NCBI GenBank assembly: GCA_951406725.2
Contig: OX597814.1
Coordinates: 53,506,001 to 53,570,000, forward strand
Length of the DNA stretch: 64,000 nucleotides
Source of the DNA: Octopus vulgaris
Lineage: Eukaryota
Direction of reading: 5' to 3'
Within the stretch, counting starts at the first letter, position 1, and every line of letters begins with the position of its first letter. The notes under the pieces were generated by a model. The model was not told where the DNA came from, ran no database searches, and worked only from the letters and a program-made list of their open reading frames with translations. The translations under genes were made by a program, and so were the position numbers. Positions 1 to 13,398 of this stretch are shown here, in pieces.

Positions 1-397
1 AGAACATTTTCACTCACTCTTAGCTCTTAGCTTCCCATACATTTTACTCATGTATCTATCAGCGTCATAGACAGAATACTTTCACTTTAGTCTTCCTCAA
101 ATCACTCTGTTGCTATTTACTTTCATTTTATTCGTTGCCCACTGTGTGTGTGCGTTTGCGTGTGGTGTAAACCAGACTAAGAAAAGCATTTGACACACAC
201 ACCAGAATGTGAGTTTTCTGTAAATTTTGCTTAATTGGAGTTTAAATTTTAAAAACTGGACCTGGCATGACGCGATGCATTGTACTCTCAAGAATGCTAG
301 GTAAATTGTAATTGAAGAAATCCTATATTGTAGATTTCTATAACTCCCAAAGGGAGGCAGATAAAATCTGCCTTTCATAATAAGAGATAATATGAGT

Positions 398-611
398 GGG
401 ATGGGCTACTCGACCTGAAGAAAATTCTAACTGGGCCCCACCTGCAAGGTCATGCGCTGTCTATCTTGATATGAGATCACCATGTCGCGCACATATGGTC
501 GTGATGCATGTGCCTGGTCTACCCTTATCAGACGGGTAGTCATGATGGGTATACTGGGCTTCGTATATTTGACCCCAGTGTCACTTTGATGGCATGCACT
601 GCTCTCTCACT
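398..611 (+). mobile_element. 3' portion of an interspersed retroposon (SINE-like) ending in an (AAT)n tail
   Basis: GC-richer block ending ...gcactgctctctcactc immediately before (AAT)n. It resembles a recurrent octopus repeat (from memory, not searched). Confidence 0.5.
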
Positions 612-628
612 CAATAATAATAACAATG

Positions 629-718
<90 letters not shown>

Positions 719-759
719 TTAATAATAATAATAATGATGATAATAATAATAATAATAAC

Positions 760-830
<71 letters not shown>
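612..830. repeat. (AAT)n microsatellite, ~220 bp
   Basis: Seen directly; explains the poly-N/I/L ORFs. Confidence 0.98.
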
Positions 831-832
<2 letters not shown>

Positions 833-1375
833 GCAAATAAACTCGACATTATTGTGAAAGACCAAAGCAATAAGGTCTTTTTATTGACTGAGACGAGCAT
901 AACCTGTGACCATAATATCTCCGCAAAGGAATTTGATAAGCTCAGAAAATATATAGATTTGCTAATCGAAATCGAAAAAATGTGGCATCTCAAGACGGTT
1001 ACAATACCAGTGATTATAGGAGTACTTGGAATGATCAAAAAGGGAAATGAAAATTAGTTAAGAATGATCCCTGGCATACAAATCAGTCAGGAAGTGCAAA
1101 AGATTGTCTTAACTGGTACGTTACACATATTGAGAAGAGTATTGTCGCCGTGAATTTTCTTTCCCTTTTCCCCTTTCCTTTTCTTTGTTTACCTTTTTAT
1201 TATTATGTTTTATTTTTTCTCTCTGTCTTTCTTCTCCTCTTTCTCTATCGCATAACTTTGTATATGGACAATTTAGTGTGTTTATTTTAATGGACTACCA
1301 ATGTGTACAGTGCATTTCTCTGCCCTAGGTGTCAGGAAGACATTCGGCAAGAAATGGAAACAAAATTGAAAGAAG
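831..1375 (+). mobile_element. 5'-truncated R4/Dong-like non-LTR retrotransposon (REL endonuclease C-terminus plus 3' UTR), decayed
   Basis: Translation ANKLDIIVKD..LLTETSITCDHNISAKEFDKLRKYIDLLIEIEKMWHLKTVTIPVIIGVLG..*LRMIPG..EVQKIVLTGTLHILRRVLSP* (ends 1153) is colinear with the intact copy at 47261-48154. It carries a PD->LD change and an internal TAG at 1055. Confidence 0.88.
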
Positions 1376-2289
1376 ATGATAATGAAAGTAATGATAGTAA
1401 TAGTGTCTCCTATATTTTTAGTATCTATCCTATTGATAACAGAATCTACGTTCTTGGACATTCCTAGCAGCTTGTTCAGCTATATTATCAACATATTAGA
1501 GCCTTAAGAGAATTCATTGTCAGGAATTAACTTTAACACGTAAACAATTGGAAATTGATTTATTCTTCAAGCCAAAAAATCGTCCCAACTGCCGTAGATG
1601 TCAAACTGCTGGGCATTTTGATAACTTACCTAACTTGATTCATTACTTATCCAAGTCACACCAGATTTCTATGAGTAGGAAGCAAAGGCCGGAGGAACAT
1701 CATATTTCTGTCAATTTATATTGACAAGCTGTCAAATCTGTCTCTATCTCCACCACAGAAGGTTCGACTGTCATCTACTACAAATAACAATTTACAGCTT
1801 TAACATTTACATGAAACATTAAATGATTTTATAAGAACTATTTTTTCAACTCTTATATAGGTATATGATGTTTGCATTATTTTTTGTAATTTTAAACATT
1901 TAATTGTCCCTGGAACCTGTAATGTAGAGGTTCCAAACGACCACAAAGGTGAATCACACTTAGGAAATAAATTATATAAACTTGTGTTTAACATAACTTC
2001 TCCAACATTTGTTCTGTATATCATAATCAATAACACTACTGAATATAGTGGTAACCAAACCAATATACAAAAAGCAAACTAGATGATGATAATCTACTTG
2101 GAGCCCTAAACTCAAGAGCAGTAGTCGTACATCTAATTGTACACTCAAGATATACAATAGATACAAATACATACATGCGCAAATGTGTGTATATATATAT
2201 ATATATACTTGCTTCAGTCATTCGACTGCGGCCATGTTGAGGCACCGACTTGAAGAAATACATATGTGTGTATGTGTGTGTGTCTGTGT

Positions 2290-2500
2290 GTGTGTCTTTG
2301 TTTTTGTTTTACTTGTCCCCGACCACCGCTTGGTGTTGGCTTATTTACATTTCCGTAACTTAGCGGTTCGGCAAAAGAAACCGATAGAATAAGTAGCAGG
2401 GTTTAACAAAGTACTGGAATTCATTTGCTTGATTAAAACCTTCAAGTCCGTGCCTCAGAATAGCCGCAGTCCAGTAACAGAAGCAAGTAAAAGATGAAAG
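2290..2500 (+). mobile_element. SINE family B, 3' part
   Basis: ccgtaacttagcggttcggcaaaagaaaccgatagaataagta... is shared with the copies at 7515, 24290, 37275, 40385 and 56595. Confidence 0.8.
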
Positions 2501-2599
2501 ATACAAAAAAAACTTTAAAAAAATGACAAACATTTTGTAAGAAAGTTTTCGTGTTGTTTTAAACACTTTTCGCTACTTTCAGCTTCTCAAACACGTGTT

Positions 2600-3635
2600 A
2601 TAAAGAAATCTGTATAATGGCAATTGTTTTAAGTAGCTGAATCGACTATTTCTGGTTTAGTCTTGGTAGTAAAATTCTTATGAATTTTTTTTTTTTTTGT
2701 CTTTCGTAGAAGAAATGAATGTTTGATCGTTGCTGAAGTACCCTAACTCGATATATTAATTTTTGTCCTGTTTGGCCCATGTAGTTTTCACTGCATTGTG
2801 GGTATGTGATGCAGTAAATGAAATATTTTGTTTTTCAATTCATAATAGCGTTAACCTTCACTCCCTTTCCATTCTTGAATTTTGCGGTTTTTACCCTGTC
2901 CATTTAAGTCACACGTCTAACAACGGAAGTTTCTACATTTTGTCACAGGTATTATCTCTTCTTCTATTTTGAATTTCAACTTTCTGAAGTCTTTTAAGAT
3001 CTATGGTTGTCTTTTGCTGTTGATAATTTGCGTTTCTTTAATTACTTTTCTGAGACTTGATGAATTGGTGTACAACTGGAAGGTATCATTTGACTGAATG
3101 AAAGACGTTATGGCTTCAAAATTATGTGACTACAAGCGGAATATTTATGTTTTTGGTTTTGTCTTCACCCTTATTGTGAGGATTTCTCCGTAACTTCGAG
3201 ATTCAGATCTCCTTTGTTTTGAATATGACATGACTTACAAAGACTTTTGGGTGTATTTTCGTTTTTGGAATAATAATTTTAGGTTTACCAGTCGTTTCTC
3301 TCGTCTGCTCGAACTCATAACTCTTGATCATTTGCGTTTTGTCATACTAATTGAGTTTTGTTTCACATGAGATAGGTGGCAAGATCTAGAAGTCAAAGTA
3401 CAGCTACACATACGTGTCATTGCAATAGAGATTAGTTGTAATGTCCAGTTTTTCTTAATTGTCAAAATGTCTAAATATGGAAGTTCCTTTTATTCATTCC
3501 CAGAGTGAATTGGATCGATTTATTATTGCTATTTTATTAATTTCCGTAATCTTGTAAGTTTTTCCTTACTTTTGTTTCAAAATATGAAGCAGTCATCCAA
3601 GAATCTTTGTCAGATTTCTTTTAACTGGACATAAG
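2600..3635 (-). mobile_element. Penelope-like element: RT C-terminal half plus GIY-YIG endonuclease, decayed
   Basis: The minus strand gives QRFLDDCFI (~3585-3612), SIQFT..ELPYLDIL, SCHLSHVK and the GIY-YIG motif YFIYCITYPQCSENYMGQTG (~2765-2830). Confidence 0.8.
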
Positions 3636-4005
3636 CTTGAAACCACTATGAAAATCGGTTCCTAATTTCATCAGACATTACATGAACTTTCTAAACTACG
3701 TCCCATAAAGAGTAAATATAGACAGGATTCTAGTTAGTTTCGGCGTGACCAGAATTTACACAAATATCCCCCATGAATTACAACTGAAAGCAGTAGAACT
3801 TTGGATAGACTAACACCCACTCGATTTCAGGAGAGATTTTTTTAAAATGACGATTGGTGCTGGAAAACTTCTTTGATGATTAATATTTCCTTGAAATAAT
3901 AGGACGGTGATGGGCACGGAAGTTTCATCCACGTTTGCAACAGTAGTGATGGGATTCCTTGAAGAAAATAAAATTCTATACCCGATCTAGGATTACTTTT
4001 GATCA
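3630..4005 (+). mobile_element. Penelope-like RT N-terminal segment, inverted relative to the adjacent part
   Basis: The plus strand gives LKPL..VPNFIR..ILVSFGVTRIYTNIPHELQLKAV and MGTEVSSTFATVVMGFLEE, i.e. the RT motifs that precede YxDD. Confidence 0.75.
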
Positions 4006-4029
4006 TTTCCACTACCACTAACTTTGAAA

Positions 4030-4660
4030 GGTGCATACCGTTTGCTTTTTTTCAACTGAAAATAGAAAAAAATTCCTTAAGGTGTGTAGACTCATTCTCA
4101 AAGATTTAGATATTGCACTTTTAGTTACTACCAACGCAATCCAGCTTCATCCCTCTTGGAAAATAAGTTAAGAGCCTTTTTCACTTGGTTAAGTCATTTA
4201 AACTTTTCCTGAAATAGCTGAATAATTTTATTACCAATTCTCTGGTAATTTCTAAACCACAAGATTCAAAATTCTTGTTATTTTTGCTAACTTGGCTGTA
4301 GCACTTTCAATTTTTGCATTAGCAACGTTGTTGCCGGGGGAACGTAAATGGATAAGACATTTCATTATTGCGTTCACAAGATTTATTCATTTTGCCACTC
4401 ACATATGCTTCCTTGCACATAAAAGTGATGATATTGAATTTGCGTTGATTTTCTAGGAAAAAAGCAGCAATTTTATGCTTAGCCTTGCGTATGTTTGAAA
4501 GTATCTGCTTATTAACATCATACTCATCACATACATTCGTCGTCGAAGCACTAGCCTCGAAGCTGCGGTTTTGTGTCCACAGATAGTCAAATACTTTGTT
4601 GATTATTTCTCCGTCAAAGTTATAATGTAAAATGCAAGGCTGAGAGATATTCAATCAGAG
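4030..4660 (-). mobile_element. Tigger/pogo (CENP-B/Jerky-like) transposase N-terminal HTH remnant
   Basis: ASTTNVCDEYDVNKQILSNIRKAKHKIAAFF followed by AKIESATAKLAK resembles the CENP-B HTH pair; frameshifted. Confidence 0.5.
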
Positions 4661-5089
4661 AAATAGCAACAAAAATTGCAGGGTAGCACAAGTTGTGCTG
4701 CATATGTGGCTGGCTACTGTCACAATATGCTCTGTAATATCGTGCTGAACCATGTGCTTTGGTATAATTATTACTTTAAAATAAGCTTGCAGACTGTGTG
4801 GTCAGAAGATGGCTACTCTTTTTCTGGTGAAGGACTAATAAGTCTATAAGCTAATCAGACAACCCACTTTTTTCTACCCGCTTTGGGATATAACCTAGAG
4901 TATAATCACTGTCTGTATTTTAACAGAGAGGTTAAAATCGCATTTTTAAAAAAACCTTACATTTCCAAAAACGTTGCAACATGAATTTTGTGCACGTGTG
5001 CATGTATGCAAGCATGTATGTATATATGTATGTATGTATGTATGTATGAATATATGTATATATGTAAGTTTATATGTATGTATATATGC

Positions 5090-5844
5090 CATTATTCAGT
5101 TTTATTTCAAAATTTCTTATCAACAGAGAAAGAGCCGGTTTCAAACCTAGATCCAAGGCTACTTCACTGGAATTTCAACATCAACAGGGTATTTTTGTAT
5201 GTATGTATGTGAATGTGTTGTATTTGGAGTCAGTGCATGTGCAGATTTTTATGTTTTGTTTTATGTATGCGTCCTTATGCATGTCTAGTCAGTACCCCAA
5301 TAATTACTGGTATAAACCTGAACTTATAATCTGGGTAGAGTAACTGTAGATTTCCCAATAGTTCAACGTATGAATTTTCTTTTTCACTGATCTTTGGCTT
5401 TATATTAACATCTGCTGGGCAACTTATTTGTATTACTATACACAGTTTCTCTTCTATATCCCAAATCAATACGTCAGGTATATATTTTTATGTTTTATTG
5501 AGGCTTTCACGGGGACATTCCACCAGTACCCTTTCTTATTATGAGTGACTACAGCCTCAGCCATACTGTGGCTCCTTAATTCTCTGGCTTCAGGGTTATC
5601 GTTCGGACGGATTTCATTATACAGGCCTTGGCTACGTCATATCTCATGGTAAATAATACCGCAATGTCACTTTTGGACAACTGCTCATGATGTGGGTGAT
5701 ATCTTCGTTGTTAACTACATAAAGCCTGCATCGGTTATCATAATTTTGGTGTTTCTCTTGCGTTTCCGTCCCTTTTGCACATCAGGTGTTTGGTTGATAT
5801 TTCTTGTTCAGGTATTTGGCTGATATTTCCCGTTTCTGTTCACA
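5090..5844 (-). mobile_element. 5'-truncated R4-clade REL retrotransposon flanked by (TACA)n
   Basis: The minus strand gives DNRCRLYVVNNEDITHIMSSCP (decayed CCHC), YWWNVPVK, PDVLIWD..IVIQISCPAD and KENSYVELL..FIPVIIGVL. (ATGT)n lies at 5845-5890 and 5005-5088. Confidence 0.75.
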
Positions 5845-6248
5845 TGTATGTATGTATGTATGTATGTATGTATGTATGTATGTATGTATGGTGACTGAAC
5901 CGACAACCCTATTGAGCTTGATTGGTAAGGAAGGTGGTTTTCGTTAGACATCCAGTAGGACGCGACGCAAACCTGTCAAAAAACAAATGAACTCAGTAGA
6001 ATCAACGTTGTCCAATAGTTGAGAGTGAGAGACCCCGTAGTCTTTGTTTCGATTTCTCCCTGAGAGAAAGAAATTCTGAAACAACACCCACCTCATTGCA
6101 AAACTGGAGATCTTGTTCTTGCTCGTTTCTGGACTACTCGGCTCTGTAGACGAGAGTCTTAGCAGTATCGTACAAGCTGTTATTGACTTTAAATTTCAGT
6201 TTGGGCATTACTGACAGTCAGTTTTTTTTAATATCTAGGATAAAATGA

Positions 6249-6466
6249 AGCGGCGAGCTGGCAGAATCGTTCGTATGCCGGGCGAAATACTTAGCAGCAT
6301 TTCGTCGTTCGTCTTCACATTCTGAGTTCAAATTCCGACGAGGTCCACTTTGCCTTTAATCCTTTAGGGGTCGATAAAATATGTACTAGTTAAGTACTGG
6401 GGTCGATGTAATCGACTTGCTCCCTTCTCTGAAATTGCTGGCCTGGAGCCAAAATTTGAAATCAAT
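6249..6466 (+). mobile_element. tRNA-derived SINE family A
   Basis: gcggcgagctggcagaatcg (A-box region), gagttcaaattcc (B-box), central gcctttxatcctttxggggtcgataaa..gtacxagtt. Confidence 0.9.
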
Positions 6467-7092
6467 ATCTAGGATAAGATAATTTTTCAATAATGGTCGA
6501 CAGCCATCGTGTATGTACATATGTGCGTGTATACATGTATGTATGAACGTTATATAAGACTTTAACAAAAACTAAGAGTAAAAAGAACAAGCCTCTGTGA
6601 CGAGGTATATATCTCATTTATCCCATTCCGAGCGACTGCTTTACCAATCATACAACAAAGTGTCTGCTGTCCATCCTTGTTAAACTAAATTACTGGCATA
6701 AACTAGCATTTGTACTTCACTGCATATCACAGTTAATTTTATAGCCACTTATCACGGGAATTAACTATAAAAGTATGGATAATTATAAATTAGAATAGAC
6801 AGAGAGAGACAGACAGACAGACAGACAGATAGATGGGGAAGGCGAGAGGGGAACAATGTCATCGGAACTGACCGAAGGGAATACAAAGAGAGTACTTCTC
6901 TAAAGCCAAATCAAATGTTTCCACTATAAAGTTGCAAAATAATTTCCACTTGCAGCAACCGTAGAACTATTTTTTTTTATAAATGTTCTTTTTTTATGTC
7001 TAAATTTAAAGTTCTTAAAATCATTTTTCGTTATGTTAAATATTTCGGTCTTCAATCCCATTCCATAGCTGAGGTCGTTAAAAGCGTATCAC

Positions 7093-8524
7093 CTGAACAC
7101 ATGTCGTGGCAAGCAGAATAATACTGTAGATGATTCATTTACTTCTTTCTAAGTATAAATAAAAGAGTTGTTATACCTGCTCTGTTTACTTTGATGCATC
7201 CTACTAAGAAGCTCCAACGTGGTTGTTCGACGTATTAGAAATAGTAATCAACTATCTTAATGTATCATTTTACACACACAAAAAATGATATATTGGACAT
7301 TATAGTTTGGGGTACACAATTTTTTAAAGAAAGAAATAAGACGGATGGTCACGATGAGAATGCATTTGATCAGACTTGCTAAATACGTCAGAATGATTAT
7401 AATCGCCGATTCGGAGCAAAGCAACAGCAACAACTTATCTACATAAACAAACGTAGAGACCCGTTACACGATTCAGTGGCAGGTTTGAATTAGAAGTTCA
7501 ATCAAATTTTATGAATGCCTTCCAATCTCATGGTTCCGGAATCAATCTCACTGCATGGTACCTTAGGCAAGTTAATTCTACTGAAGCCTCGTCTCGACCA
7601 AAGATTTGTGAGTGGATTTGGTAAACGGAAACTGAAAGAAGCCCGTTGTATATATGCATATAGCTATGTGTATCTTTGTATCTGTGTCTATCCTCCATCA
7701 CTGCTTGTCAATGTGTATTGGTGTGTTTACGCCCCCGTAACTTAGCGGTTTGGCAAAAGAATCCGATAGAATAAGTTCTGAGGTCGATTTGTTCGACTAA
7801 AAGTTCTTCAAAGCTGTGCTCAAGCATGGCCGCAGTCAAATGGCTGAAACAAAATAAATTTAATAAACGTTTTTCATGTGGCACGAACAGTGAAAAAGAG
7901 TGAAGTTTTCGAAATAAAGGAGTAGTTTACGACGCGAAACATGAGCAAAAGATATTTGTAGCTAACCACACTCTAAAATTATATATATATAGGCTTTTAG
8001 GTCAGTCTCTTACTCACCATATGCACTACACCTTTAACATTGCACCTGTAACAAAACAAAATATAGCTATTGGCTATTTTGGCAAACTTATTGTTTTACA
8101 GGTCAGGGTCCCCAACAAAAAAGATATAAATATCGGTCTCGTTTTCACTAAATATAACGACCTTATATTTCTAAAAGAAGAAGTTCGGTAATGTAACAAT
8201 AAAGCCTTTTTCGAGTCACGAAAGAATAAACAAGAAATGAATCGCAGTCTCAACTCCAAATATTAATACGTGCAAAACCCAACAAATCATGAAAAACCAA
8301 CAGTACTAAGTATCATGCTGTGCGAATTCCTAGAATACCGGATTTTTTTTTATTATTAATAATAGTTTTACTGATAACCTGAAAAACGCAAGATATAGAA
8401 TGACCTAATGACAGCATATTTGTGTGATTCAGGTATGCAATATATTCTGAAAAGCATGGTTATACCTGATAAGGTCACACTCTATACAACAATGGGTGTC
8501 TATTGGTTTCTTGTTTAATGCAAT

Positions 8525-8589
<65 letters not shown>

Positions 8590-8591
8590 TG

Positions 8592-8638
<47 letters not shown>

Positions 8639-8751
8639 ATATATATATATATACATATATACATACATATATACATACATACATATTTACATATATACAC
8701 ACATACACACATACATACATACATACATACATACATACATACATACATACA

Positions 8752-8782
<31 letters not shown>

Positions 8783-9033
8783 CTATTACTGCAAAAACAT
8801 AAAAGTAATCAATGCAACCTTGAGTTAGAAATACGTAAATTTTGATATATGTTTGTCATATAAAATGAACACAAGATAGAAGCCTTACATAAACGCAAAC
8901 ATCTTTTGTTCGTTACTGTATCCCACACAATGCAATTGATAAACAGTATTAATATTGGATATATGAATAACTGTATTTCTAAGTAAATAACACGAAGTAC
9001 ACATGTAGCATTCGGAAATTTGATCAGTTTTAT
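7093..9033 (-). CDS. Tentative host exon chain (9033-8889, 8045-8018, 7148-7093), product unknown
   Basis: Sites are tttag|..|gtaagg, ttttgttacag|..|gtgagt and cttag|..|gtgata (or a TGA stop). Phases are compatible and give ..[75 protein letters not shown]. No protein family recognised. Confidence 0.3.
7515..7855 (+). mobile_element. SINE family B (tRNA-derived, CORE-like)
   Basis: catggttccgg..cactgcatggtaccttaggcaag..ttgtgagtggatttggtaaacggaaactgaaagaagcccg..ccgtaacttagcgg. Confidence 0.85.
8531..8781. repeat. Compound (AT)n/(ATGT)n/(ACAT)n microsatellite
   Basis: Seen directly. Confidence 0.97.
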
Positions 9034-10304
9034 CTAAAGGAATATTTTCAAACAAAAGATTACTAATCACTATTTATCAATTTCTCGTAGTTAAACTGGA
9101 GTGTGTTCATAGTTCAGGTTCGAAAATGTCACTTCAACAGAGGTTACTGAGCAGATAATATTCAAATATCGTGAGGTAAAAGGAATTATAAAGTGTCAGG
9201 TCTCTTCAAATGATTTCCGATATTGTTACAAGTTTCTATTTTCTAAAGTAGAATATTATTCGTTGAAGCGATTGCAGCACTTGAAAAGCGTTTATTTAAT
9301 CGATCAACACCATCAGAATGAAATGTAAATCCAACCTCATTAAAATTTGAACGGGAAATGTAAACTGGCGGAAATAAATATTGTATGCATTTATTCCATT
9401 TCTAGTATTACGTCGGCATATATTATGTTATATAATGATACCAATAATGAGAAAAGTAAACTGTTAGCTCATTAAAAAGATGCATTATTTCTCTCCATAT
9501 TTCAAAGTTGTTTTTCTAGGTCAAATACAGAGACTTAACACACATGAAATCTACAGAACTCATAGATGTATGAACAATATTCCTAAACGCGACCTTAAGG
9601 TGTGTTGAACGTAATCTACTGTATAGGTACTAATACAAGTTGTTGTTGTCGTTTAGCTACAAAGCTAACTCTGATGCATCAAACTTGTGATCAAAGACCG
9701 TAAGACCATGAACATCCAGACTTTCTTTGCCTACACAGTGGTGTGGGAGTTGGGGGCGAATTAGCTGCTATTTCAAGTAGCTCGATCTGCCACGTTGAGG
9801 GATGGATCCCTATTTACTGGAGTGTATAACATTTAATTGTCATCTGATTATCTTCATACGTGTATTTGTTCGTGAAAAATATTAAAAAAACCCACTCATG
9901 CAACTTCTATAATATTTTTTCATATCATGGTCACAGATTTTGCCATATTTGTGCGCATACAATTATTCGAGTACTTCTCTTTCGGCAGATATATTCCTAT
10001 TATATGGAATTTTAATTGCGAACACAGTACCTTACTTAGCATGCTAAGTGTTTGTAGACATACAAATCCTTCAGATGAATGACGATACTTTTTAATAGAT
10101 AATATGTGAGCACTTTGTAAAGAAAGCTTCGTTCTCAAAAGACATCCATTTCAGCAGCTGTCGATACGACAGAAAATTACAATAATACTTCAGTATTCAC
10201 ATGCTTATAGCCATTAAGATAGGGGTGTCTTGGATGTGTGTGCGTGTGTGTGTGTCTATGTGTATGTGAATAAATGTCTAAATTACTCGCAAACAAGGGA
10301 ATTC

Positions 10305-10338
<34 letters not shown>

Positions 10339-10631
10339 TTATATATATATGGATATGAATTTACATATGTACGAGTTATCTAGAGGTAGAAAGAAAAATG
10401 TGATTGTATCTCTCTCCTCCTCCCTCTCTCTCTCTCTCTCTATCGCTATTTCTCTCTTTCTCTCTCTGTGACTGGAATAAATATTAGTTTCACTTTCCAA
10501 ATCTGCGAGTGTTCAGTTAATTGATTTTTGAAAAATGATTTATTTCAATTACGCGGCGAGTATGTTTAAGACTAAATGATAAGTACATGTATGCTTATAT
10601 GCAGATATGCCTGGATACGACCGTCTCCTTA

Positions 10632-10659
10632 TAGACAGGCAGACAGACAGATAGATAAG

Positions 10660-10740
<81 letters not shown>

Positions 10741-10795
10741 TGATTGATAGATAGATAGATATATAGATAGATAGATATATATATAGATAGATCGG

Positions 10796-10878
<83 letters not shown>
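10632..10878. repeat. (AGAC)n/(AGAT)n/(AG)n microsatellite
   Basis: Seen directly. Confidence 0.97.
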
Positions 10879-10880
<2 letters not shown>

Positions 10881-10999
10881 TCTACGTAAGAACGTACGTA
10901 TATAAGGAGATAGGTGTTTTATTATGATAGTTTGATCGGGAGAATCTTCGCCGACCCTCCCGTGAGCTACGGGATTAGATAGTGCTCTATACGTCCGCA

Positions 11000-11162
11000 T
11001 GCTAAGCGTAACAATCAGGAACTGACGCAGACTACTGGCACAAAAAATGTTTACGCATGCGCAAAAAGGGTGGCGTCATCTTCCACCGAAAATATTTTGC
11101 CCACACTGCTTTAGTTTTGGCGGTAAAAAGTAAAGTCTGATACTTTTTGAACGCACCTCATA
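11000..11162. mobile_element. Solo terminal arm of the mariner-derived element seen at 19377-20211
   Basis: ggaactgacgc..acgcatgcgc..agggtggcgtca..ttagttttggcgg..gatactttttgaacgcacctcata aligns with 20069-20212. Confidence 0.8.
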
Positions 11163-11699
11163 TACGTAAATATCATCTGTCGCATATATATAGCGCATGT
11201 GTTTTCTTTATACATCGAATTTACTGCCGGATCGCACTCGGGGAAGACGTCAATTGTTAAAGAACACTAAATGTCCCAGACAAGGAAAGACAACTCACCT
11301 CTGATGGTCGAGAATGATCGATACGATATTTCACTACTAATGTGGTTTATCAACATCATGTATTCCGATCATCTCCAAACGACATGATTCGCTAGTTTGG
11401 GTTTATATGCTAATAGAATGAAGTCAATTTGCTGAAGTGCTGCGGCGTAGCACATGTGAAGGAAAATTAAAATACGAATGAAAAACAGCTCTAGTAACGT
11501 AGGCATTATCGGTTGCACATACAGTGTAGGCGTATAAACAAAAACACATGAACATGAGGATCGACATCCACGCTTAACTTCGCAGTACAGAATCTACACC
11601 AGAATCTTCCCCAGGCAAAAAATTATTTATATAGGCCATTGTTTTCACCGTTAGCCTGACACGGAAAGTGACAAAGTCGACCCCTTGAATTACAACAAC

Positions 11700-11827
11700 T
11701 CATTGTTGCCAGCTGAGTGGACTGGGGCGACATGAAATAAAGTGCCTTGCTCAAGGACACGACGCGGCACCGGGAATCGAACTCACGACCTTACGATCAG
11801 GAACAGAATAGCCTAAGCAACGCGGCA

Positions 11828-11830
<3 letters not shown>
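11700..11830 (-). mobile_element. tRNA-derived SINE family C (a second copy lies at ~12250-12390)
   Basis: The minus strand shows the B-box gtgagttcgattcccgg, then gtgtccttgagcaaggcactttatttc..cagtccactcagctg. Confidence 0.75.
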
Positions 11831-11858
<28 letters not shown>

Positions 11859-11898
11859 ATGTATATATGTGTGTGTATATATGTGTGTGCATGTGTCT

Positions 11899-11940
<42 letters not shown>

Positions 11941-12107
11941 AATTTTTATATAAGCTTAAAACTTATGGCGGTTATCGTGCAATGACTAAGGAAAATAGCT
12001 ATAAGCTTTAATCTTCTATAAAAATACCATTATTATTATTTACAGGATTTTAAATCACGCCACCGTAATAAAAACAACCATTCGCACCGAAAGCATATAT
12101 ATATATG

Positions 12108-12171
<64 letters not shown>

Positions 12172-13226
12172 ATACTGTGGGATATTGTTACACGCTGCTG
12201 GTCACAATACGCTTCCGCCTATTGTTTTACCCGTTGAATGATGCCATCCCACTGATGAGATGGGCAGGCAAATACTCACCCTTGAACGGGACGCCAATCC
12301 AATCTTTGGGTTGCCTATTAACAGCTGAGTGGACTGGATCAACGTGAAATGAAGTGTTTTGCTCAAGAACACTACACACCGCTCGATCTTGCCTATATAC
12401 GCACATATGATATACAATGTATAACATGTATACGTTATATATCATATATGTATGTGTGTGTACATATATAAATACATGTGTGTGTGTGTGAGTGTGTGTG
12501 ATTATGTGTACACACACATGTGTTTGTGTGTGTGTGTATGTTTTATTGAAGCTCACAAGCTATTACTCAGAGTTTCACGTAATCGATCATCAGACAGTTA
12601 TAAAGACTGAGAAGAATTCTATTGTTTATAAGTATACATAAACTATTTAGTAATTATTATTTACTTACGTGTCGAATAAGATATGCTTGAACGAGGTATA
12701 TATGATAAATTAAGTATGAAACTTTGACGGCCATTTTAATTCACTACTGCTTCTATTACATATAACAGGTTTTTATTCAGCTGGACGTCTATTCGCAGTA
12801 CCAGCAATTGTTTTATTCTCTGCTTACTATACATCGGAGGTGACAGATCTCTCATCATATGACTGACTGTGCGTACATACCATTGATAATGCCCAACGAG
12901 GCCAAAACTGGGTTCTTGAAGGCCAATGCTGGGATGATCTTTGTTTCCCTTTGATATATATTTTTAAACATAGCATATCCTCAAGAGATGTTATACCACA
13001 GTAAATTTCTATCAACGATGTATTTACATTAAGTATGATGCATAAATGGTTATGTGTAGATATCACTGTAACATTGTATCGACCAGATTGTCGGATGTTG
13101 TTATACATCATTGGTCACAGTTCGCTTCCTCGAATTCTTGTAGCTTTCGGATGAAGCCACCCCGCTGGCTAAGTAACCAGGCTCATAAATGTGTATGTGT
13201 GTGTTTGTATGTAGATAGATAGATTG

Positions 13227-13367
13227 ATACATACATACATACATACATACATACATACATACATACATACATACACACATACATACATACATACATACAT
13301 ACATACATACATACATACATACATGCATACATACATACATACATACATACATACATACATACACACA

Positions 13368-13397
<30 letters not shown>
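13227..13397. repeat. (ACAT)n microsatellite
   Basis: Seen directly. Confidence 0.97.

Positions 13398-13398
<1 letters not shown>

Noticed and set aside
508-1057. Poly-N/I/L ORFs and similar [16 protein letters not shown]/poly-H/D/S ORFs across the window
   Set aside because: They are translations of microsatellites, not genes.
11290-11470. Minus-strand AG|GTGAGT donor at ~11298
   Set aside because: No open frame back to a credible acceptor.
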